Part shown: piece by piece, positions 8,767 through 17,068 of the stretch | Layout: each line of letters opens with the position of its first letter | How positions within the stretch are numbered: the stretch's first letter is position 1 | Assembly (NCBI RefSeq): GCF_051307035.1 | Contig: NZ_CP195536.1 | Coordinates: 30,001 to 62,000, forward strand | Direction of reading: 5' to 3' | Origin: Psychrobacter sp. DM4 | GTDB taxonomy: Bacteria > Pseudomonadota > Gammaproteobacteria > Pseudomonadales > Moraxellaceae | DNA: 32,000 nucleotides | Notes under the pieces: model-generated | What the model saw: the letters and a program-made list of their open reading frames with translations, nothing else | The model's database searches: none | Told to the model about the DNA's origin: nothing | Translations under genes and position numbers: made by a program

Positions 8767-9834
8767 ATGATGTTATCCGTATTTAAGACCACACCCGTAT
8801 TTAAAGCAATGAGCCTTGTCAGTGTGCTACTGCTAGCGACGAGTGCTTGTGCCGAATCGACGATAAGCGGCGTCTCTCAAAGCTCAAGTAATACTCAAGC
8901 TAATACATCGGTGAGCCAAGCGGTCGATACCCGTATACGTCAAACGTTGAGTGAGGCCGGTATCAAGGTTGAAATCATCGCTATTGCGCCTTCTCATTTG
9001 CCGAATATGTATCAAGTTGAGCTGATCGGACAATCGCCATTACATATCACCGCAGACGCCAAATACGTCATTCAAGGTGACTTGCAAAAGAACCCAAGCC
9101 CGCGTGTAGTGAATCAGACGCCTACACGTAGCAGTGCTACGCAAGTCGGTATGCCAGTCAGCAGTGCGGCCAAATCAGCGCTACTGACCAATATGAGTGC
9201 ACTGGCTAATATGAGCACCAAAACGTCGTTTTATTATACAGCGGTGCCTGGTGTGATTTGGGGCGCAACGTTAGAAGGGGTGCCTTTTTTGGTCTCTGAT
9301 GACGCGCAATATGTGACAGATGGTGAGATATCGGTCATCGACAACGGTCAATTTATCGGACTCGATGAAAATTTTGAAACGCGTAAAAACCTATCGGTAT
9401 TTAAAGCTTTAGATGAGTCGCAATTGATTACTTATCCTGCAACCACTACCGAAAAAGCAGTCATATATGTCGCAACGGATGTTAATTGCCCTTACTGCCG
9501 TATGCTACACAAACAAATGGATAGCCTAAACCAAAAGGGCGTCACAGTGAAAACGATTGGCTATCCTATCTATGAGCAATCATTTGAGCAAATGCGCGGT
9601 ATTTGGTGTCAGTCTGGTGAGACAAATCGCCGTAAAGCGTTGGACAACGCTATGCTAAACGGTCAAATGACGCCTGCGCCTACCAGCTGTACGACTGATT
9701 ACATCACGCATAATCGTGAAAAGGCCGCGGGACTGGCAGTCATCGCCACGCCTGCAATTTACCGCGAAGATGGGGTGTTGTATCAAGCCAGTTTTGAGAG
9801 TCCTGAATTTTTAGAATTCTTGGGTGTTGAGTAG
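8767..9834 (+). CDS. Periplasmic thiol:disulfide interchange protein, DsbC/DsbG family, with extended N-terminal region
   Basis: 355-aa ORF with a signal peptide (..SACA-ES). The thioredoxin-fold active site is DVNCPYCRMLH and the second Cys pair region is IWCQ....C. It has the C-terminal cis-Pro region (ATPAIY) and a DsbC-type N-terminal domain pattern. Confidence 0.75.
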   Translation: MMLSVFKTTPVFKAMSLVSVLLLATSACAESTISGVSQSSSNTQANTSVSQAVDTRIRQTLSEAGIKVEIIAIAPSHLPNMYQVELIGQSPLHITADAKYVIQGDLQKNPSPRVVNQTPTRSSATQVGMPVSSAAKSALLTNMSALANMSTKTSFYYTAVPGVIWGATLEGVPFLVSDDAQYVTDGEISVIDNGQFIGLDENFETRKNLSVFKALDESQLITYPATTTEKAVIYVATDVNCPYCRMLHKQMDSLNQKGVTVKTIGYPIYEQSFEQMRGIWCQSGETNRRKALDNAMLNGQMTPAPTSCTTDYITHNREKAAGLAVIATPAIYREDGVLYQASFESPEFLEFLGVE

Positions 9835-9858
9835 CGTATCAACCGTAATAGAACGTCG

Positions 9859-10884
9859 CTACTTATCCGCTAAATGCTGCGAGAGCTTTGCAATATGCTC
9901 AGTCCCAATACCGCAGCAGCCACCGATGATAGTGGCACCAGAGGTTTGCCAGAGCTGCGCCCAAGTCAAGTAATTCTCAGGGGTCGTATCCTGACGTATT
10001 TGGCGCAGTTGCGCATTGGCCTGTTTATGCACCTGCTTTGAGGCAAAGGCATTGGCATAGATGCCGAGCTGCATAGGGTGTGACACTTCATCTATTATCT
10101 TCTTTGCCACTTGTAATGCCGAATTCATAACCTCAGGCTGACTACAGTTAAAGAGCACCGCCTCAATACCTAGTGCAAGCATAGCCTCTATAGCCTGCGC
10201 TACTGATTCACCAGAGCGCAGCTTAGTATTATTGATATTCTGATCGGGTTCGGTAGTGTTATCAATATCAATGTCCAATGCACTGTCATCGAGCGTAAAT
10301 GCTATCCAAATGGGTTTAACGGATCGATTTTTTTGAGTTGCTGTAAATCCTGTAATCAGCTGATACCAAGTGATCGCTTCGATGATACTGCTTTGTGTCT
10401 CCACCAGCCACATATCGACATAGTCTACTTGTTCAGTTAACAACGGATATGCGATTATGGGTGCTCGCTTGGGATTGAACAAGTCAGGTCGATAAGAGCC
10501 AAACAGTGGTGGCAAGCAGCCAGCGATGCGCACAGGGTTTAAGTTATCAAGATTTTTGCTTATCTTTACTGCCTCAAACGCGAGCCGCGCAGCGGTTTTT
10601 ACTAGCTGCGCCCCTTCACTAAAAAACCGCTCTTCTAAGTGAAAAGGCGTAATGGCATAGCTGTTGGTAGTAATAACATTCACGCCTGCTTTGATGTAGT
10701 CGATATGGACATCACGCACGCTATCAGGATCAGCACTGAGCGCTAGCGCTGACCATTCAGGTTGACGAAAAGGCGCACCGCGGCGCTCAAGCTCACGCCC
10801 CATGCCGCCATCTAGGATAGTTATCGGCATATCAGGTTTAGAGCTCGTGACTGTAGGCGTTACTTGAGTAGGCATAAAGATCAC
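9859..10884 (-). CDS. Homocysteine S-methyltransferase (MmuM/BHMT-type, Pfam S-methyl_trans)
   Basis: 341-aa ORF with ILDGGMG.ELERRG, the TNSY motif and C-terminal Zn-binding GGCCG. The track start is GTG 10884; ATG 10875 is an alternative start. Confidence 0.8.
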   Translation of the reverse strand: MIFMPTQVTPTVTSSKPDMPITILDGGMGRELERRGAPFRQPEWSALALSADPDSVRDVHIDYIKAGVNVITTNSYAITPFHLEERFFSEGAQLVKTAARLAFEAVKISKNLDNLNPVRIAGCLPPLFGSYRPDLFNPKRAPIIAYPLLTEQVDYVDMWLVETQSSIIEAITWYQLITGFTATQKNRSVKPIWIAFTLDDSALDIDIDNTTEPDQNINNTKLRSGESVAQAIEAMLALGIEAVLFNCSQPEVMNSALQVAKKIIDEVSHPMQLGIYANAFASKQVHKQANAQLRQIRQDTTPENYLTWAQLWQTSGATIIGGCCGIGTEHIAKLSQHLADK

Positions 10885-10992
10885 TTATAAAACAATTTAA
10901 AGATAACAAAGCGCTGTTAAAACACCCTCTTCAGGTTGAATACACGATAGAGAAGTGTAATCAATTAAAAGACGTTTCTTAAGTTTATTGAT

Positions 10993-11652
10993 TTATGGAA
11001 GAACGACATCAACGATTCTCCAATTCACCAACCCATCACGTGCCATCTCTACGGTTAGCGGATAGCCTTTAACTTGACCACTAATCATAAAGCAGTTGAT
11101 ACCGCAATAGCTCAATGTCGGCTTATCGCTATCTGCGCTTTGCACGGCTTGCTGACTTATCTCGTCAGCTTGTTTTTGCATAACCATCTGCGTCTGGTTT
11201 TCGATGACCGCACTCATATCACCGCGCTGAATAATTAAATCTTGAATGAGACCGCGCAAATCCACCTGATTGCTAGCGATGGCCCACGCAGCTGCCAGCT
11301 GTTTGGTCGCTGTATTGGCCTGACCTTGAGTATCAATCAGCCTCTCGACATTTTGCGGGGTGACTGCGCCGTCTACAGCCTGAGCGATAAAGTTATCTGC
11401 CGCTTGTTTCAACGCATCGCCGCCCAATTCTGCGACTAGCGGGTACTCTCTCATTGTCGCTGCAAAATCATCAGTCAACTGCGTTTGAATACTTGGTCGC
11501 ACTTGTTCGTAGTCAATGGCGGCCGCGATACTAGCACCTTCTTTGGCATCATAAGCGTTTTTGAGCTGATAGGCACTGTAATAGGGCGAACCTGCATATA
11601 GTGCGATAGCGATGACTATGAGTAATATTAAAAGACTAATCAGCTTCTTCAT
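10993..11652 (-). CDS. DUF2939-like membrane-anchored periplasmic protein
   Basis: 219-aa ORF with a single N-terminal TM anchor followed by SPYYSAYQLKNAYDAKEG....IDYE.VR.S, the typical DUF2939 opening. Confidence 0.6.
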   Translation of the reverse strand: MKKLISLLILLIVIAIALYAGSPYYSAYQLKNAYDAKEGASIAAAIDYEQVRPSIQTQLTDDFAATMREYPLVAELGGDALKQAADNFIAQAVDGAVTPQNVERLIDTQGQANTATKQLAAAWAIASNQVDLRGLIQDLIIQRGDMSAVIENQTQMVMQKQADEISQQAVQSADSDKPTLSYCGINCFMISGQVKGYPLTVEMARDGLVNWRIVDVVLP

Positions 11653-11887
11653 AGGGTTGTGACCTGCTTGGACGTTGTGGATGGCATAAGGCGATAAATA
11701 TTAGCATGACTCAATAGAGGTTTTATATCAAAAGATAAGCGCATAAATACAGAATCAGCATAAAACCTATAATTAATGAGCTTGATAAATCATATAGTCA
11801 TCTCCATAAATAGCGCAAACTTTTAATAACTGATTTGGTTACACAGTATTCTTGTCCCAAACCTTTGTCGATGACCTTTTATAGCTT

Positions 11888-11926
11888 GCAACAGACTAAG
11901 TTTCATGTGAAACGTTTGTCTGTTGC
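11888..11926 (+). promoter_or_regulatory. Long imperfect hairpin/operator-like inverted repeat in the dnaJ upstream region
   Basis: gcaacagac (11888-11896) pairs with gtctgttgc (11918-11926). These enclose gtttc-atgt-gaaac (11900-11913), a one-mismatch copy of the GTTTCACGTGAAAC palindrome. It ends 82 nt before the dnaJ ATG. Confidence 0.35.
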
Positions 11927-12007
11927 GATGAGCGATAGCGCTAGTATAAGCGCGTACGAGTAGCTGATAGTTGGTAAGGCAGTACTGTTACGACGATAGG
12001 AGAGCCC

Positions 12008-13141
12008 ATGAGTAAGCGCGATTTTTATGAGATATTAGGCGTCAGCAAAACAGCAGATAATAAAGAGGTCAAGCGAGCTTACCGTAAATTGGCGATGAAA
12101 TATCATCCCGATCGTAACTCTGACGATCCTGATGCCGAAGACAAATTCAAAGAAGCTTCGATGGCTTATGAAGTCTTGAGCGATGAAGATAAGCGCTCAG
12201 CCTATGATCGCATGGGTCACGCTGCGTTCGAGAACGGTATGGGCGGTGGCGGCTTTGGCGGTGCAGGGGGCGGTAATTTTCAAGATATCTTTGGCGATAT
12301 CTTTGGTAACTTTGGCGATATCTTTGGTCAGTCGCGTGGCGGCGGTGGTCGTGCGCGTCGCGGCTCCGACCTGCGTTACGTCATTGAGCTGACACTAGAA
12401 GAAGCGGTACGCGGTTGCAAAAAAGAGATCAGCTTTACTGCGCCAGCTCCTTGTAACACCTGTGATGGTAAAGGCGCAAAGAATGCCTCTGACATCGTGA
12501 CTTGTCAGACCTGTCATGGTCAAGGTCAGGTTCGTATGCAACAAGGCTTCTTTGCGGTGCAACAAGCCTGTCCACAGTGCGGCGGCAGTGGTAAACAAAT
12601 CAAAAACCCATGCCCTGACTGTCATGGTAACGGTATCAAAGACAAAGCGCGCAACCTAGAGGTCTCTATCCCAGCAGGCGTTGATGATGGTGATCGAGTA
12701 CGTCTAGCAGGAGAAGGTGAAGCGGGCGGCGCAAGCGTACAAAACGGCGACTTGTATGTCGAAGTGCGCGTTAAACCTCACGAAGTCTTTACTCGCCAAG
12801 GTGCAGATCTATATATGGATGTGCCTGTTAGCATCACTGATGCAGCGCTCGGAAAAGAAGTTGAGATTCCAACGCTTGATGGTAGAGTCAATATCAAAAT
12901 CGCTGAGGGTACACAAAGTGGCAAACTGCTACGAGTACGCGGCAAAGGCGTGACTCCAGTACGCACAACGATGAAAGGTGATCTGATCTGCCGTGTTGTC
13001 ATTGAGACGCCAGTTAACCTAAACCGTGAGCAAAAAGACCTATTACGTCAATTCCAAGATACGTTGGATGGTGATAGCAAGCATCAACAATCGCCACACA
13101 AAAAATCCTTTTTTAAGAAAATCGGTGAGTTGTTTGACTAG
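12008..13141 (+). CDS. dnaJ: Molecular chaperone DnaJ (Hsp40)
   Basis: J domain (DFYEILGV...[13 protein letters not shown]), a G/F region, four CxxCxGxG zinc-finger repeats and the C-terminal substrate-binding domains. Total length 377 aa. Confidence 0.95.
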   Translation: MSKRDFYEILGVSKTADNKEVKRAYRKLAMKYHPDRNSDDPDAEDKFKEASMAYEVLSDEDKRSAYDRMGHAAFENGMGGGGFGGAGGGNFQDIFGDIFGNFGDIFGQSRGGGGRARRGSDLRYVIELTLEEAVRGCKKEISFTAPAPCNTCDGKGAKNASDIVTCQTCHGQGQVRMQQGFFAVQQACPQCGGSGKQIKNPCPDCHGNGIKDKARNLEVSIPAGVDDGDRVRLAGEGEAGGASVQNGDLYVEVRVKPHEVFTRQGADLYMDVPVSITDAALGKEVEIPTLDGRVNIKIAEGTQSGKLLRVRGKGVTPVRTTMKGDLICRVVIETPVNLNREQKDLLRQFQDTLDGDSKHQQSPHKKSFFKKIGELFD

Positions 13142-13180
13142 GAATTTAGTGATACAAAAGTAGCCTTATAATTAATCTAA

Positions 13181-13215
13181 GCCTAGTAGTTTCACGTGAA
13201 ACTATTGGGCTTTTT
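13181..13215 (+). terminator. Rho-independent terminator of dnaJ, built around the GTTTCACGTGAAAC palindrome
   Basis: gcctagtagtttcac/gtgaaactattgggc forms a ~15-bp stem (perfect 18-bp DNA palindrome at 13187-13204, extended by G.U pairs). It is followed by TTTTT at 13211-13215. Confidence 0.75.
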
Positions 13216-13302
13216 AGTATCAGTTTATAATAGGGCATAAATTAATTCATGCTATGATAATCATAAAATAAAACAGATATTTTAAAAAATATAGGATAGG
13301 TC

Positions 13303-14133
13303 ATGAGTAAGCAGTCAAAGAATAAAATAATAAAAGTCGGAGTGATTGGTGCAGGCGGGCGTATGGGTCGCATGCTAATCGAAGCGGTGCAAGATAATCC
13401 GCAAACGACTCTGAGTGCCGCCATCGAACGTGAAGGCTCAAGTTTGGTCGGTGCTGACGCTGGTGAAGTCGCGGCTATTGAGCGCATAAACGTAAAAATC
13501 GTCGACGATCTGGTAGTAGTCATTGATAATATCGACGTCTTGATTGATTTTAGTTTGCCTGAGGCTACTGAGCAAAATATGCAAACGTGCGCCGAACACA
13601 AAATCGCTATGGTCATCGGAACTACAGGCTTCAATGAGCAGCAAGAGCAAGTCTTGACTGAAGCTAGCAAGCATATTCCAATTGTTTACGCCGGTAATTA
13701 CTCCACTGGCGTCAATCTCTCGCTCAAGCTACTGGCTATGGCCGCCAAGGCGTTCGGTAACGATGCCGATGTCGAAGTGATTGAAGCACATCATAAACAC
13801 AAAGTCGATGCACCGTCTGGTACGGCCTACATGATGGCAGAAGCAGTCGCGGAGGCGCGTGGTCAGAACCTAAAAGACGTCGCTATTTATGGGCGCGAAG
13901 GACAGACAGGCGCACGTGAAACAGGCACTATCGGCATTCATGCGATTCGCGGTGGCGAGATCATCGGTGATCATACGGTTATGTTCATCGCTGATGGCGA
14001 AGTGGTAGAGATTACTCATCGAGCGCGCGCACGCATGACCTTTGCCGCAGGAGCGGTACGCGCAGCGACTTGGGTCGTTCAGCAGAATAAGGGTCAGTAT
14101 AATATGCAGGATGTATTGGGGCTGAGTGAGTAG
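13303..14133 (+). CDS. dapB: 4-hydroxy-tetrahydrodipicolinate reductase
   Basis: 276-aa ORF with N-terminal GAGGRMG Rossmann motif and the E.HH..K.DAPSGTA active-site block. Confidence 0.95.
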   Translation: MSKQSKNKIIKVGVIGAGGRMGRMLIEAVQDNPQTTLSAAIEREGSSLVGADAGEVAAIERINVKIVDDLVVVIDNIDVLIDFSLPEATEQNMQTCAEHKIAMVIGTTGFNEQQEQVLTEASKHIPIVYAGNYSTGVNLSLKLLAMAAKAFGNDADVEVIEAHHKHKVDAPSGTAYMMAEAVAEARGQNLKDVAIYGREGQTGARETGTIGIHAIRGGEIIGDHTVMFIADGEVVEITHRARARMTFAAGAVRAATWVVQQNKGQYNMQDVLGLSE

Positions 14134-14151
14134 GGGTTAAAGGATAAGCGC

Positions 14152-15033
14152 ATGGACATAGATAAACATCTCTCAAAAGGTAAAGTTTCTCCCGTAAGCT
14201 ATTTACCACTAACCGCTATGGTCTTAAGTTTTGTTGTTCTGCCTATAACTGTGCAAGCCGCTACTTATCAAACCTACGTCATCGATACTTATGGCGGCGA
14301 TTTATTATTAACGGCGGTGCGCCAACAGCTTAACACTAGCCCTAACGGTGGCAATGTCAGTAATTACCAAGATAAATTGGTATTACGAACCACACCTGCC
14401 AATTACCAAGCGGTGCTGCAACTACTCAGCCAGATTGATAGTCAGCCGCAGCCATTAACCGTAGCAGTACGTGTAGGCAGTAATAGTAAGGTACAACGCA
14501 ATACCCAGCAGGGTCGAGTGATTATTAGCAATCGAGGCATTCAAGGTACAGGGGTTATTATGCAAAGGGGTGGTCAGCAGCAAAGCGATAACCTATATCA
14601 AGTACAGACGCTCTCAGGCAGTGCTGCGAGCATTAGCACAGGCACGTTGTATGCTTTGACGCAAAACTATAGCCGCAGTGTTTATTCTAATTACTCTAAT
14701 AATAATCGTCCTCTAGGACAGATTGTTATTCAGCAGCAAGTGCTGCTACCGACTACGCAAGGTATCGCTGTCGTCCCAAGATTATTACCAAGTGGACAAG
14801 TTGAGGTTAGTCTGTCGCAAGTAGAAGAGACACTACTCAGATCCAATACGACTTACCGTCAGAATAACGCTGTCAAAGCACAGCGTCTAAATAGTACTAT
14901 AATAGTGCCGCGTGGACAGTGGGTAACGATTGGTCAGATTACGCAAAATGGGCAAAGCCAAAGCTCAGGCTATGGCATTAATCGCACTATAGATAATAGT
15001 AACAGTGTGCCTATCTCACTTTTGGTTCAGTAG
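14152..15033 (+). CDS. Secreted Gln/Asn-rich protein with secretin-like N-domain and secretin C-domain-like segment (function unknown)
   Basis: 293-aa ORF starting 18 nt after dapB, with RBS aagga and a signal peptide ending VQA-AT. LVLRTTPANYQAVLQLLSQIDSQPQPLTVAVRV resembles the secretin N-domain. GIAVVPRLLPSGQVEVSLSQVEE...RLNSTIIVPRGQWVTIGQI resembles the l.v.P.i...g.v.l.i....s / t.v.v.dG.tvviGG core of the secretin C-domain. Confidence 0.6.
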   Translation: MDIDKHLSKGKVSPVSYLPLTAMVLSFVVLPITVQAATYQTYVIDTYGGDLLLTAVRQQLNTSPNGGNVSNYQDKLVLRTTPANYQAVLQLLSQIDSQPQPLTVAVRVGSNSKVQRNTQQGRVIISNRGIQGTGVIMQRGGQQQSDNLYQVQTLSGSAASISTGTLYALTQNYSRSVYSNYSNNNRPLGQIVIQQQVLLPTTQGIAVVPRLLPSGQVEVSLSQVEETLLRSNTTYRQNNAVKAQRLNSTIIVPRGQWVTIGQITQNGQSQSSGYGINRTIDNSNSVPISLLVQ

Positions 15034-15134
15034 GTCTTTTTGAGTTTAGAATAGGGTGTGACGATTATTTTTTATGCTAAAAAGTAAGAAGTAGTCGCTA
15101 AGTGAAATGCTTGTAAATTAATGCCTGATTTTCT

Positions 15135-15593
15135 TTACCAACGTTCAATCTTCATTAGGTCATTATCTAGACAATGCGGTTGTCCTTTAGTTACGTAATA
15201 AGGTTCTCCTTCAATCTTTTGCATACCAATATTTCTTCTATCTCTAGGAACAGCAGGAATTTCTGCTGTCTCTCCTATTTTGATACTTCTACCATATAAA
15301 ACTATTTCGGTATTACTTTCTTGATACTTTGTATATTTTGCTGGAAATACAGGGGTATAGATGCCAGATTCTGTTTGTAATAATAGACAGTTATTGTCTA
15401 TTATTAACTTACCTGTAGTTACATAATCTACTGGAAGATAGATGGAACTAGGCTTGTCATAATAAGTAAAAATTCCACTTGGTAGATCCTTTCCCTCAGC
15501 AGCATAGTTAAGAGAATCATTACTATTTGTATTTATTGAGGCGCAACCAGTTAGACTATAAATTATAACAATCAGCAGTATTGATTTATTCAT
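15135..15593 (-). CDS. Hypothetical lipoprotein (orphan), in AT-rich islet
   Basis: 152-aa ORF with signal peptide plus lipobox LTGC (MNKSILLIVIIYSLTGCAS). A GGAAG Shine-Dalgarno sits 7 nt upstream of the ATG. I recognise no family. Confidence 0.6.
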   Translation of the reverse strand: MNKSILLIVIIYSLTGCASINTNSNDSLNYAAEGKDLPSGIFTYYDKPSSIYLPVDYVTTGKLIIDNNCLLLQTESGIYTPVFPAKYTKYQESNTEIVLYGRSIKIGETAEIPAVPRDRRNIGMQKIEGEPYYVTKGQPHCLDNDLMKIERW

Positions 15594-15704
15594 TTGTCAG
15601 CTTCCATTTATAAAAGATCAATATTTAATTACTTCGCTTTACTTACAGTTATTGAATATATAATATGTCCTATAAATTAAAAGGTTTTCTATAATATCTA
15701 TATA

Positions 15705-17068
15705 CTATGGTGCTAGTGCCAATGTTGCTGGTAATTCATTGATAAAATCTAAGCTAGAAAGATACATAGTTAAGTCTTCACCCGGTCTAACAAGTGTTTG
15801 ATCACATGCACTAACAATACCATAAGCTGCGAAACCACCTCTATTATCAACTGGGTATCCTGAAACCACTGGGCCTCCACTGTCACCTGCACTGCATTTT
15901 AGATCACTTCCAGTTAGGGAGATAAAAGTTGAATTACATGAAGTTTTATCTGTATTACATAGGCTTACACCGTTGTAAACAGCTTTTAAACCAATATAAA
16001 GTTCTTTAGTTTCTCCGCAGCTAAAACCAGTTTTACGTCCGTAATGACACAGAAACTCTTCAGCAGGTGTACTAAATAAGCCTTTTTTCAAAGACTGTTT
16101 TGTACCCCTTTCAACAACAGGACTTGATCCAAATCTATCGTCTAAATATACACCTGCCTTTATAGAAGTGAATGATGGAGCTAGCAATAGAGCCATATCA
16201 TGATTAGCAGATGGTCTTGTATAAGCTGGAGTTAAATTATGTATTACGTTGTTATTATCTGTATACTGAAAACTGGTTACTCCATTATTATACTTTGATC
16301 TACCTAAGCAGTAATAATAGCGGGAGCGCCATTAGAAGCAAAAGCACTAAAGCCAGCAGTGCATCTACCAGATGGCGTAGACCCATTAAAACTTAATAGT
16401 TGACCTCCACCGACTAAAACTGCTGGCGCTATCGGAGCACTTAGCAATTGAAATTCTACGTCAATTCCTGATAAATCTTTCATAGAATACTTATTGGATA
16501 GTTCCTCGTTAGAACTTAGACTTGGATCATACACCTTGATAATAATACTGTCCTTCTTTGGATTATAACCCATAGCTTGAAAACCTAATATTTTCTCTGA
16601 TAATTCCTCTGTTTTCTGAGATAGCATTACTTGCAATTCATCAGAATTCATAACGGCATTATTTTTTATTCTTAATAGCATTCCAGTCTCATCTTTAATC
16701 TTTTTAATTAGATTTTCATCTAATATACTTAATAGCTCTCCCTTTCTAGTTGTCCTAACTGTCAATCCAAAGTCTTCATCGCCATTAAAGTAAATGCTTG
16801 ATGCAGAATCACGAAGATGCTCATCTATGGCAGGATACGATTCGTACGCGCTATCCATAACTAATAACCTACGTTTCGCTTCATCAAGTGGTATTTCTTT
16901 TAGTTCTGCATAAGCTGCTATTCGTGTTTCATAATTACCAGTGTTATCTGTATTAGGATTACTTACACTTATATCATTATTTGAATCATCATCTGACCCA
17001 CATCCTGATAAAAAAATTCCAGTTATCAATGTGCATATAATATAAGTACCAAAAAATCTAGTTCTCAT
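15705..17068 (-). pseudogene. Disrupted prepro-serine protease of the streptogrisin/alpha-lytic protease type (MEROPS S1E-like), split into two ORFs
   Basis: ORF 16304..17068 encodes a lipoprotein signal (FLSGC), a long pro-region and the start of the mature domain (VGGGQLLSFNGSTPSGRCTAGFSAFASNGAPAIITA), then TAG. The -1 frame is open from 16331 and continues LGRSKYNNG...PSANHDMALL (Asp motif)...CSAGDSGGPV (Ser motif) to 15705. Where the family has TAGHC, the sequence reads TA-stop/LGRS. Confidence 0.7.

Noticed and set aside
11851-11885. Sigma-32 heat-shock promoter upstream of dnaJ (cttgtc ... ccttttat)
   Set aside because: The spacer between the -35-like and -10-like elements is about 18 nt, against the 13-15 nt expected, and the -10 match is weak. 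This is not supportable by eye.
12286-12333. Tandem DNA repeat gatatctttgg(c/t) encoding [15 protein letters not shown] in dnaJ
   Set aside because: This is the normal Gly/Phe-rich linker of DnaJ. Repetitive DIFG units are a common feature of the family and not an anomaly.
16296-16335. Programmed -1 ribosomal frameshift joining the two protease ORFs
   Set aside because: There is no X XXY YYZ slippery heptamer and no obvious downstream stimulatory structure at att att act gct tag g. Even the fused product lacks the catalytic His. Pseudogenisation or sequence error is the simpler explanation.
16211-16396. 61-aa plus-strand ORF spanning the protease break point
   Set aside because: It is antisense to sequence that clearly encodes protease-domain residues in two minus-strand frames. 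It is probably an artefact of AT-rich sequence.
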